Part shown: positions 10,077 through 19,015 of the stretch, piece after piece
Layout of the letters: every line of letters starts with the position of its first letter
Position numbering within the stretch: the first letter of the stretch is position 1
NCBI GenBank assembly: GCA_949299565.1
Contig: OX437086.1
Coordinates: 102,919-166,918 of the forward strand
Direction: 5' to 3'
DNA: 64,000 nucleotides
Source of the DNA: an uncultured Bacillota bacterium
GTDB taxonomy: Bacteria > Bacillota_I > Bacilli_A > RFN20 > CAG-826
The notes under the pieces: generated by a model
Told to the model about the DNA's origin: nothing
What the model saw: the letters and a program-made list of their open reading frames with translations, nothing else
Database searches by the model: none
Position numbers and translations under genes: made by a program

Positions 10077-10945
10077 CAATTATGTTAGAACGTGTCTCGA
10101 CATTTCAAAACAATGGGCCAATTTTGTATTTAGTGGCCACTCCAATCGGCAATTTAAAGGAGATGTCGCCGCGAGCTTTGGAAATTTTAAATGATGTTGA
10201 TTTAATCGCTTGTGAGGACACGCGTAACACCAGACGTCTGTTACATCATTTCAACTATCAAAAAGAACTATTTTCTCTCCATGCCCATAACGAAAAAGAA
10301 GCAAGCAAAGTAATTATTTCGCTTCTAAAAGAAGGAAAGAAAATTGCCTACGTTTCAGACGCCGGCTATCCATTAATTTCTGATCCCGGGCGTTTTTTAG
10401 CCCAGGAAGCGCGGAAAAACCAAATTCCAATTGCCGTTATCAATGGGCCGTCTGCTTTTCTTATGGCTCTAATTGCCTCCAATCTTGCAAGCGATCGTTT
10501 CTTTTTCCACGGCTTCTTGCCTGTCAAAAGCGGCGATCGAAGAAAAGAATTGGAGAAATTCAAAGATTTCCCTTACACGACTATTTATTACGAAGCTCCT
10601 CATCGTCTAAAATCAACTTTGAATGATTTTTTAAAAGTCTTTGGCGCTTCACGCCGATTGACTTTGGCGCGTGAATTGACAAAAGTTCACGAGGAATACA
10701 TATACGGGACGATTGGCGAAATTTTTGAGTTATTAAAGGAAGAAGAACTGAAAGGCGAAATAGTTCTTGTCGTGGAAGGCAAAGAAAAAGAACAAAACAC
10801 GATTTCTTCTTCACTTTTATCTGATTTAGAAAATGAATTGGAAAATTATTCTCCGAGCGTTGCGGTTAAAAACATTGCAAAAAAGTATCAACTGCCGCGC
10901 GGAGATATTTATAAGGAATATCTCAAACTCAAAGAAAAGAAATAA
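10073..10945 (+). CDS. rsmI: 16S rRNA (cytidine1402-2'-O)-methyltransferase
   Basis: LYLVATPIGNL, CEDTR, SDAGYP.ISDPG, YEAPHR, RELTK. Confidence 0.95.
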   Translation: MTIMLERVSTFQNNGPILYLVATPIGNLKEMSPRALEILNDVDLIACEDTRNTRRLLHHFNYQKELFSLHAHNEKEASKVIISLLKEGKKIAYVSDAGYPLISDPGRFLAQEARKNQIPIAVINGPSAFLMALIASNLASDRFFFHGFLPVKSGDRRKELEKFKDFPYTTIYYEAPHRLKSTLNDFLKVFGASRRLTLARELTKVHEEYIYGTIGEIFELLKEEELKGEIVLVVEGKEKEQNTISSSLLSDLENELENYSPSVAVKNIAKKYQLPRGDIYKEYLKLKEKK

Positions 10946-10953
10946 TTTTATTC

Positions 10954-13900
10954 TTATTTTTTCGTTTCAATGGATAACGACTTTTTAAGTTTTCGCGTGT
11001 CTTTTAAGAATGACGCGAGTTCATATAGCAAATAAAGGCTAAAACCGCCCATCGCTAAGTAAACGCCGGTATCTAAGTATGGAGTGAAATAATCTAATTG
11101 ATAACTGACTTCGCCTTCGGGAGCAATGAAACCTAGAAAACCGCCATTTAGACGATAAAGCTGAATTTCTTTTTCCTCGTCGCCAACGAGAGATTTTAAA
11201 TGCCAACCAGCATCATAAGCTAATTGCGTAACAACGACTTTAGGCTCATTGAAACTAGTAGTAAAAGTGAAACGATCGCCATTGTCGTCGACATCGTTGA
11301 GCGCATGTTCTTCGTCAGTCACTCTTTCATAGATGCTCTCTAATACGGAGCGTTCCATTTTATAAGTTGTAAAGCCACGATAAGTAACTTCTCCGCTTCC
11401 TTTATAGCAAGCGACGATGTATTTAGCGCGACCTTCAACATAGAAACCGAATTGACCGCCCCAATAATTTACGTGTCCGCCAGTCCAATTTTGCATCGAA
11501 CGATATTCATAAGAAAGAAGCACGTTCTCTTCTTTTATAGTTCCGTCTTCATTAAAAGTATCGCCAACGAAATAAAGCCGTGGAGCCTCGACGAAATTCG
11601 GAGAAGGAGATGAAAAATCTAAAAGGAAATAAGCGCCATTTTGATCTTCGTTAAGATAATCTCCAAAACCCGAAGATGGATAGGTAACGATTTTGTCGTA
11701 ATCACGCAAAATGCTTCCGCCGCTGAAATTCTCGTGTTCCAAAACAACATTGGAATCCTCAAGATGACTGAGGAAATATGTTGGTCCCCAATCGATGCCC
11801 ATTTCCTCATTTACAGCAAAGAAACCATAATTGACGCCGGAGCCGTGAACCGTTTCAACGCGTTCACGTGAAGTCGAAATTCTTTCATAGCCTAATTCGC
11901 GCATGCTCGCGACAGGTGTTGAACTGTATGCAAGAGACGAACCTTGTGCAGCCAGTTCATCAAAAAATTCCTCCGCATCCTCATCTTGAACAATCGCGCC
12001 TTCGACATAGACCCGTTCATTTCTTGCCGCTTCAGAAGCAGCGTTCGTGCCGCTTGTATTCGTGTAGAACGCCGAGTGATTGCGCGTTGAAGAACTGGCA
12101 GTTTCGTGTTCCTGATAAATATAATCAACCGCGTGTCCGAGTTCCGGCACTAAATGGTTTTCGTAAACGCGGAAAAGATCGTTTTCATAAACAAGGGTCG
12201 AACCCCATGGCACATTTGCTGTCCAATCATCATAGCCATACGTATACCCTTCGTTTTGAATAACATAATATTTATTCCCGAGAGCAAAATCGAAATCAGA
12301 TCGCTTGTTCGCGTAATAGCCGCTCCAACTCTTGTTGACCACATCCTGTCCATAAACATCATGTCGATAACTTTCGTTATTCGTCATATATGAATAGCGG
12401 GCAAGATCAGCGATTTCATAATTGAAAAGGGAATGGAAAGTGGAACTCCCGTTATAGCCAAATTCCATGTTTGTGTTTTTGTCCAAGGTGGTATCAGAAT
12501 ACGCCCGATAATAGGAATCATCATAACCATCTAAATAATTAAAGGCGTCAGTCGCGTTTTGGTAATACGAAGGTCCGCCATTGAAGGAATTATAAGGCGT
12601 CATATAACCATAAAAGAACGAGAGATTGCCAGATATGATTATTTCAAAAGCCGTAATGCCAAAAAGAATTTTATGAAGCGAGGCTTTGTTTTTCATAACG
12701 ATCAAGATGATACTGACAATCGTGACTAACGCTATTTGGTAATAAACAAGCCAAATTAAAGAAATCTCAACGCCCTGGAAAACAACGCTTCCCGGTACTT
12801 CATATTCGTTTTTGTAATAACCATCAATGATACCAACTTCAATCGTTTGATCTTTAAGTACCAAAACCGTGATTACCCAAGTAAAAAAGGTCAAAGCTAA
12901 AGAGGTCAAAGCTCCAGCTGGTAACACCCACCGCGGCTCTTCTTTTAGATGATCCAAGGCATCAACAGCGTAATAAATAATTAAAGGTATGAGCACAATA
13001 TACCAGCGGCCGTATCCATCTCCGGCAAAAGCGTAAAAGAAATAATAGGCAAAATTGGTAAACACCAAATAAAGGCATAAAAGGAAAGCAATTATGTGTG
13101 ACCACTTTCGTCTTCTAATCGATCTGAATAATGAAGTAAAGAACAAAATGATCAAAGGCGTATAGCAGAACAAAGACGCGGTCCAACTGTCATAATTATA
13201 GGTTCCGCCATTGACGCTGCCTTTCGCTAACGGCAACCATAAATAATTGCAAGTCGGAAAGAAAAAACCTATCAATCCTTGAAGTTCGCGGCCGGCATTC
13301 AAACCAACCGGCTCAAACAAAAGGCCAAACATCGTTGGAATGTCAAAATTTTTCGTAGCGCTGATGAGCATGTCTAAATACGCGCGACCAACAGAAACCG
13401 TTCGTCCCGACAAAGCACTTTGCCTGACAGACGGCAAAAGCGTCCATGCGCTGAGAGAAATGCCAATCACGAAAGAGAAAATTCCAATTGCAATCACTCC
13501 GAGATTTAATTTCCATGAACGTTTTTTAATGGTCATGAAATAACGCCAAACCGCGTAAATCACTCCCCAAATGCAAATGACAACTAAGAAGAAAAAGGAA
13601 ATAACACCTAAAAGAAATAAGCCAAAAACCAAATAGGATATTTTCTGCTCACGTAAAAGTTTCTCAATCCCCAAAAGGATGAGCGGTAAAGAAACCGCCA
13701 TCGATAAATATGTTGGGAAACCAACCATAAAATTGAGATACCCAGAAAAGGCGTAAGCCAACGCTCCTAAGCGAGACGAAGACTCGCTTATTCCCATATA
13801 TCTAAGGTAAGCTCGCATTGCTAGGGCACTGCAAACGCCCTTCAGCATTGCGGAAATAACATAGATTTGCGGCATCCATGAACGGGGAAAAATAAAACCA

Positions 13901-14271
13901 ATAATCAAAAACGGATCGAAAAGTCCGTAGTAAGAATTAGAGCCAATGTTATCGGTGCCAAAATACGTTTCACTGGAATATAGAGGGAAACTTCCCGTGG
14001 CAAAAAAATCGTGCCACATATCCCAAAATTCATAAGACATCGTCACGTATTGCGAGGAATAATCCCACCCATATAAAACTGAAAAATTATTGACTAAAAT
14101 CGCATAACCCATCCACAAGAAGCCAATCAAAAGGATCGTTAAGGCATAGTAAAAGAGCGAATGGAAATCGAAAAGAAAGGAGCAACGATTATGAAGAAAA
14201 CTAGAGAAAGAAGAAAAAGACACAACTTTGATGTTATTTTTAGAACTCGTAGTTGCTTTTCGAATAGCCAC
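10954..14271 (-). CDS. YfhO family GT-C membrane glycosyltransferase (large, 1105 aa)
   Basis: DYSSQY, SYYGLFDPF, AYAFSG, RW motif, many TM helices, YDAGW and GFLG near the C-terminus, final TM; GTG start with AAGGAG RBS. Confidence 0.82.
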   Translation of the reverse strand: MAIRKATTSSKNNIKVVSFSSFSSFLHNRCSFLFDFHSLFYYALTILLIGFLWMGYAILVNNFSVLYGWDYSSQYVTMSYEFWDMWHDFFATGSFPLYSSETYFGTDNIGSNSYYGLFDPFLIIGFIFPRSWMPQIYVISAMLKGVCSALAMRAYLRYMGISESSSRLGALAYAFSGYLNFMVGFPTYLSMAVSLPLILLGIEKLLREQKISYLVFGLFLLGVISFFFLVVICIWGVIYAVWRYFMTIKKRSWKLNLGVIAIGIFSFVIGISLSAWTLLPSVRQSALSGRTVSVGRAYLDMLISATKNFDIPTMFGLLFEPVGLNAGRELQGLIGFFFPTCNYLWLPLAKGSVNGGTYNYDSWTASLFCYTPLIILFFTSLFRSIRRRKWSHIIAFLLCLYLVFTNFAYYFFYAFAGDGYGRWYIVLIPLIIYYAVDALDHLKEEPRWVLPAGALTSLALTFFTWVITVLVLKDQTIEVGIIDGYYKNEYEVPGSVVFQGVEISLIWLVYYQIALVTIVSIILIVMKNKASLHKILFGITAFEIIISGNLSFFYGYMTPYNSFNGGPSYYQNATDAFNYLDGYDDSYYRAYSDTTLDKNTNMEFGYNGSSTFHSLFNYEIADLARYSYMTNNESYRHDVYGQDVVNKSWSGYYANKRSDFDFALGNKYYVIQNEGYTYGYDDWTANVPWGSTLVYENDLFRVYENHLVPELGHAVDYIYQEHETASSSTRNHSAFYTNTSGTNAASEAARNERVYVEGAIVQDEDAEEFFDELAAQGSSLAYSSTPVASMRELGYERISTSRERVETVHGSGVNYGFFAVNEEMGIDWGPTYFLSHLEDSNVVLEHENFSGGSILRDYDKIVTYPSSGFGDYLNEDQNGAYFLLDFSSPSPNFVEAPRLYFVGDTFNEDGTIKEENVLLSYEYRSMQNWTGGHVNYWGGQFGFYVEGRAKYIVACYKGSGEVTYRGFTTYKMERSVLESIYERVTDEEHALNDVDDNGDRFTFTTSFNEPKVVVTQLAYDAGWHLKSLVGDEEKEIQLYRLNGGFLGFIAPEGEVSYQLDYFTPYLDTGVYLAMGGFSLYLLYELASFLKDTRKLKKSLSIETKK

Positions 14272-14291
14272 GCTTGTCTCCTTCTGATTCC

Positions 14292-15287
14292 TTATCTTTT
14301 AGATTTTCCTCTTTGTCTTATAAAAGTGGAAGACTTCTTTTTATCTTTTGCCTCTAAATTCTCATTAAAAAGCGTCAAAAATTCCTTAGGACAGGGTGTT
14401 TTAAAATCATATTCTTTACTTGTTAAAGGATTCACGAAAGATAATTCATAAGCGTGAAGAGCCAAACGCTTCAAAGGATTGGAAGGTTTTCCGTATTTAT
14501 CATCGCCAACAACATAATATCCATGGTGGCCAAGTTGGACTCTGATTTGGTTTTTGCGTCCACTGTCGATATTGACGTCCAACAAAGCGTATTTTGCGTT
14601 TCGTTTGAGAGTTTTAAATTTGGTTATTGCCAGTTTCCCGTATTTTTTATTTGCCGTAACATACATTTTTTGCGTGCGATCAATGGCTAAATAATCTTGC
14701 AAAACTCCATTATCTTCAATGGTTCCTGGTTCAACAACAGCGAAATAAGCGCGCTTGCTCACAACTTGCTGCCATGATTTTTGAAGAGCTTCCCGCACCT
14801 CAATCTTCTTTGCGAAAATTAAAACTCCCGATGTGTCCTCATCGAGACGATGAACTACATATGGGCGAGCTCCTCTTTTAAAATTTGAGAGATAATCGGC
14901 AATCAAGCGATATGCCGTTCTTCCTTTTTCTTTTTCGGAGGCCACCGAAAGAAGGCCGGATGGTTTATTGATAGCAATAATGTCATCGTCTTCATAAATG
15001 ATCGGCGGCTTGTTTCTTTGATAACGTCTGATAGGTTCCCAAGCAATCGTCACTTCATCCTCATTGAAGAGCGGTTCATAAAAATAGGAGACCGGTGCTC
15101 CATTAATCGCAACCTGATGATTAGCGATAATTCGCCTAACGTTTTTCTCACTCTGCTTTGGCAAATGCTTTTTAACAAAATCTAAAAGATTCTCCTCGTG
15201 TGTAACTAAATACGTCTTTGTGCGCTCGGGATTTATGAGTCCTTTTGATGAACGCTTGCGTTTTACATCATTTCTATTCATAAACAA
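14292..15287 (-). CDS. RluA family 23S rRNA pseudouridine synthase
   Basis: S4-like N-terminus, NKPSGL, VHRLDEDTSG, GRKNQIRV, GDDKYG, LHA. Confidence 0.92.
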   Translation of the reverse strand: MFMNRNDVKRKRSSKGLINPERTKTYLVTHEENLLDFVKKHLPKQSEKNVRRIIANHQVAINGAPVSYFYEPLFNEDEVTIAWEPIRRYQRNKPPIIYEDDDIIAINKPSGLLSVASEKEKGRTAYRLIADYLSNFKRGARPYVVHRLDEDTSGVLIFAKKIEVREALQKSWQQVVSKRAYFAVVEPGTIEDNGVLQDYLAIDRTQKMYVTANKKYGKLAITKFKTLKRNAKYALLDVNIDSGRKNQIRVQLGHHGYYVVGDDKYGKPSNPLKRLALHAYELSFVNPLTSKEYDFKTPCPKEFLTLFNENLEAKDKKKSSTFIRQRGKSKR

Positions 15288-16133
15288 TTAATTTTCAAGA
15301 TATTCTTTGACCGCGTCGATTGTAGAACGTCCGTCTTCTAAACCATCCATATAGAGTTCCATGATTTTCATAGAACTTTTCTCTGTTGATTTCACTTTCG
15401 GACTCTTGCGTGGATAAATAACAAAAATTTGTCCTTCATCGTTCAATTTGTCCATCTCGTCCATCATTTTATTATAGAGCTCGACACTTTGATCGTATGA
15501 AGAAAGAAGGGAAGGAAAATCACTATATAGATTGTGCATCAATTTTATCTGAGGTTTCTTTTCCTTTGGCTTACGATAACCGCGTTCCCGCGTAGCGATG
15601 ACAACAATTTTTTCTACTTTGCCTAAAAGTGGATAAAAAGGAACGGGCATCACAAGCCCCCCGTCCAAACACGGAATGTTATGGACAGATACAGGCTTAG
15701 AGATAACCGGAAGCGAAGCGCTAGCAGCGACTCCTTGCCAAAATTCTTGATCATGTTTATCGATATAATAAGGCTCGCCAGTTAGGCAATTTGTCATGAC
15801 CGGATAAAATTCAGTCACTGAAGAAAAGAAACGCTCCTTGTTAAAATAATCCCCCGATTGTGGCAGCACAAAAAACAAATAATGAAAATCAAAGACCGAG
15901 CCTTTGGATAAAAGATTTTTTAAAGAATTGAAGCGCTTGTCGCTCATCATTTTAGAAATGAGACGACCGGATCGCCCTTTATCGCCGCTCACAAAATTTA
16001 ATCCCGTTAAGGCACCGCACGAGGTTCCGTATATTTGATCGAAAGTTATATCTTTTTCAAGGAAGGCATCAAGCACGCCGGCAGCATAAACCCCGCGGCT
16101 TCCACCACCTTGAATCGCCAAACCACGCCTCAT
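15288..16133 (-). CDS. Patatin-like phospholipase
   Basis: GGGSRG, GTSCG nucleophile elbow, ASASLP, DGG. Confidence 0.9.
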   Translation of the reverse strand: MRRGLAIQGGGSRGVYAAGVLDAFLEKDITFDQIYGTSCGALTGLNFVSGDKGRSGRLISKMMSDKRFNSLKNLLSKGSVFDFHYLFFVLPQSGDYFNKERFFSSVTEFYPVMTNCLTGEPYYIDKHDQEFWQGVAASASLPVISKPVSVHNIPCLDGGLVMPVPFYPLLGKVEKIVVIATRERGYRKPKEKKPQIKLMHNLYSDFPSLLSSYDQSVELYNKMMDEMDKLNDEGQIFVIYPRKSPKVKSTEKSSMKIMELYMDGLEDGRSTIDAVKEYLEN

Positions 16134-18016
16134 AAATTTCCTCGGAAATATTCAGCCACAATATCGCGAAGTCTCACAACGGAATCGCGCGATATTTCTT
16201 CCATGTAAAGGTTATATGGAGCCTTCTCAAAAACATAAGAAATGATAATCATTTCGTAATTCGCGTTATCGTCGATTTGATTTTCAGCAATATCTAAATA
16301 CGTTGACAAATAACTATCATGAGCCAATTCACGGAGATAATAGCCCGGTATTTGCACCAGCACGTTATCATTATCGAACGGCAAGGCTTGATAAAGATCC
16401 CCATATTTGACGACTCCAGCAGCTAATTCGGAACGCGCACAACCAGTATTGGTGGCGGCCCCTACTAAATTCGTCCCCCAATTTTCACGTTTGTAATAAC
16501 GATAAAGCGATTCGCTAGCTAAATCGGCTAAAGCTCCACGACTGAGATACTCATCGTTGTGCCCGACTACTTCGTTCTTGATATCGTCAATTAAACTGCC
16601 GTAATAATCAATGAGCTGCGTTGTTTCCTCATGAGGTTCAAGTCGTAATAAAGAATCAAGAGGCATATTCGAATATTCATCGAAATACCAATTGCCGTCC
16701 GCGTCTTCTTTAAAATCGACACGCCAAATATTTGAACCATTGCTATAGCATTGAACATGGGGGATGCCATTGCTATCGACGTTGCCGAAAAAAGAATGAG
16801 TGTGTCCGCCGAAAACAGCGTCAATGTATTCAGCGGCCTCATCCGTTACAAAAAGATCGTCGTTATGGATTGACACAACCACTAAATCGCAATCTTCATC
16901 TGTCTTTAATCGCTCAGCCTCTTCATAGACAAGTTCGGCATAATTGTCTAAAAGCTGATAACCTCCAAGAGATGAGACGGCAATCGATGATTCTAAATTT
17001 CCAATCGCTCCGATGATTCCGATTTTGGCGCCGAAACGTTCGATGATTACAGACGGCTTGGCCCAATCCGGTCTCTGATTGCTTGTATCTGCGATGTTGA
17101 TGCCAAGGAACGGGAAATCCGCTTTGAAAGAATTCTCTAAAATAGCATCGACGCCCCAATCGAATTCATGATTGCCGATGGCCATGCTCTCATAACCGAT
17201 GAGATTCATCCAATTGACCATTATTTCCCCAGAAGTCAAATTTGAATCCGCGCTGCCTTGCCACATATCGCCCGATGATAAAATGACGTTGCCATCTGGA
17301 TTAGCTGCGCTCTCATCGTATAAATACGTGCTCAAACGCTCAATGCCGGCCTGGTAATTGCTCTCATCCATCATCACCGCGCCGTGAGTATCGTTGATTG
17401 TGTAAAAACTGATTGTCTTTTCCTCTTGCTCGTTAGCATTTCCCTTAGTGGATGTAATGTTGATCTCCTTGATTTCAACCGGAGAAATCGGAGCCACCAA
17501 AGCAAAGAAACGATTATTTGCTAACAAGGCAGAAGGCGTGTTCGTTTCTAAATATTCGACTCCTGAGCGCGGAGAGGTTATTGGATAGAACGAGGAACGC
17601 ACACCCAAAAAACCAAGTTCATCATAAGTTTCAAATTCGACGCTTATTTCAGAGAATGAAGCATAAGCGTTGAGATTCGTGATATATCCGCCTTTCTTTA
17701 AGATTAAAGAGCCGTCTTCAATTTCAGCGTTATGAATTCCCAAATTGAAGCCGGGCGCGACTTCATAGACAAAATTAACTTCTTTACTCGAGGAAGAAAA
17801 ATTATTCAAAATCAAGGGAGAATCTAAAACGTCTTGGTAATCATCTCCTATAGGAAAAGAGGTAGTGGGAACGCTTGTATAATTGCTTGAAGACGAGGAA
17901 CTCGTACTTGAAGAATTATCATTATTAGGGCTTGAAAGATTCGGATCTTGGCAAGCAAAAAGCAAGCTAGAGACTAACGTAAGAAAAGTTATCGAAAGCA
18001 ATCCATGTTTTTTCAT
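16130..18016 (-). CDS. Lipoprotein, bifunctional metallophosphoesterase/5'-nucleotidase with extra N-terminal domain
   Basis: Lipobox LLFAC, Ser-rich linker, NDTHG, GDMWQGS, GNHEFD, GGHTH, C-terminal 5'-nucleotidase domain (N.G..R..L..G...YGD...ALPF.N). Confidence 0.88.
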   Translation of the reverse strand: MKKHGLLSITFLTLVSSLLFACQDPNLSSPNNDNSSSTSSSSSSNYTSVPTTSFPIGDDYQDVLDSPLILNNFSSSSKEVNFVYEVAPGFNLGIHNAEIEDGSLILKKGGYITNLNAYASFSEISVEFETYDELGFLGVRSSFYPITSPRSGVEYLETNTPSALLANNRFFALVAPISPVEIKEINITSTKGNANEQEEKTISFYTINDTHGAVMMDESNYQAGIERLSTYLYDESAANPDGNVILSSGDMWQGSADSNLTSGEIMVNWMNLIGYESMAIGNHEFDWGVDAILENSFKADFPFLGINIADTSNQRPDWAKPSVIIERFGAKIGIIGAIGNLESSIAVSSLGGYQLLDNYAELVYEEAERLKTDEDCDLVVVSIHNDDLFVTDEAAEYIDAVFGGHTHSFFGNVDSNGIPHVQCYSNGSNIWRVDFKEDADGNWYFDEYSNMPLDSLLRLEPHEETTQLIDYYGSLIDDIKNEVVGHNDEYLSRGALADLASESLYRYYKRENWGTNLVGAATNTGCARSELAAGVVKYGDLYQALPFDNDNVLVQIPGYYLRELAHDSYLSTYLDIAENQIDDNANYEMIIISYVFEKAPYNLYMEEISRDSVVRLRDIVAEYFRGNL

Positions 18017-18032
18017 GATATTATCCTAGTCG

Positions 18033-18058
18033 AAATTAAAACCCCTATAAAGGGGTTT
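18033..18058 (-). terminator. Intrinsic terminator of the GH2-HAD-speA/aguA-aguB operon
   Basis: AAACCCCT-ATAA-AGGGGTTT hairpin, followed on the minus strand by a T-rich tail. Confidence 0.6.
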
Positions 18059-18065
18059 ATGCTCT

Positions 18066-18155
18066 ATGAAGAAATTTGATTGGCGTTATATAGTTCCTCT
18101 CATCTTAGGTTTAATGGCGATTACGATTCTCGTCTTGCTTATTGTCTACGCCTAA
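18066..18155 (+). CDS. Putative 29-aa single-pass membrane peptide
   Basis: ATG..TAA gives MKKFDWRYIVPLILGLMAITILVLLIVYA; AAGGGG SD upstream; candidate TGnTATTAT promoter at 18016-18024; fills the intergenic gap. Confidence 0.5.
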   Translation: MKKFDWRYIVPLILGLMAITILVLLIVYA

Positions 18156-19015
18156 ATAGATGTATCGTCTTTCTTTAAAATTGGACTATATAAATCTATT
18201 CTCCTATCGCGAAAAACGCCCCATGTTTGACGCTCATTGGCAATCTTTTGAAAGTCAAAATCTTTGTAGAGAAGTCCTTCCTCTTCGCGATTGAAAGAAG
18301 AGACAATCTCGCCATGTTCATCGGCAATAAAACTTGAACCATAGAAAATCATTGAGGAGTCGCCAATGCTCTCCTTTCCAAAGCGATTAGCCGCTAATAA
18401 AGGCATGATATTGGCGCTTGCATGACCGCGCATAACGTTTTGCCAATGCTTCATACTATCAAAGGGCAAAATAGGTTCGCTTCCGATGGCGGTCGGGAAC
18501 ATCAAAATATCAGCGCCTTTCAAAGCAAGGATTCTTGCTGTTTCGGGAAACCATTGATCCCAGCATATTCCAATTCCTAAATTGCCGCATGAACTATGAA
18601 AAACCTTAAATCCCGTATCGCCCTCCGCAAAATAAAATTTCTCTTCATAGCAAGCGCCGGTCGGAATATGGCTTTTGCGATAAAGTCCTAAATCTTTCCC
18701 GTCTTTGTCGAAGACCACCAACGAATTGAAAAAACAGTTTCCGGCTTTTTCAAAAAAAGAAATTGGAAGAACTATTTGAAAGCGCTCGGCCATCTTTTGA
18801 AAATGCTTGAGCGTTTTTGAATTAGATCTTTCTTCTGCATAAGAAAAGCTCTCATAATCCTCGATTTGACAGAAATACAGACGAGTAAATAATTCGGGCA
18901 ACAATAAACAATCAACGTGTTCTTTACTTGCTTTTTCAATAAAATAATCGGCTTTTGCAATGTTTTCCTCATAAATACTGCTCATATTCATTTGAGCAAG
19001 AGCAAATCTAGGCAT
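18152..19015 (-). CDS. aguB: N-carbamoylputrescine amidase
   Basis: Nitrilase-fold triad PELF / YRKSHIP..YEEKFYF / ICWDQWFPE, PTAIGSEP; start MPRFAL with GGAGG RBS; follows the agmatine deiminase domain. Confidence 0.92.
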   Translation of the reverse strand: MPRFALAQMNMSSIYEENIAKADYFIEKASKEHVDCLLLPELFTRLYFCQIEDYESFSYAEERSNSKTLKHFQKMAERFQIVLPISFFEKAGNCFFNSLVVFDKDGKDLGLYRKSHIPTGACYEEKFYFAEGDTGFKVFHSSCGNLGIGICWDQWFPETARILALKGADILMFPTAIGSEPILPFDSMKHWQNVMRGHASANIMPLLAANRFGKESIGDSSMIFYGSSFIADEHGEIVSSFNREEEGLLYKDFDFQKIANERQTWGVFRDRRIDLYSPILKKDDTSI

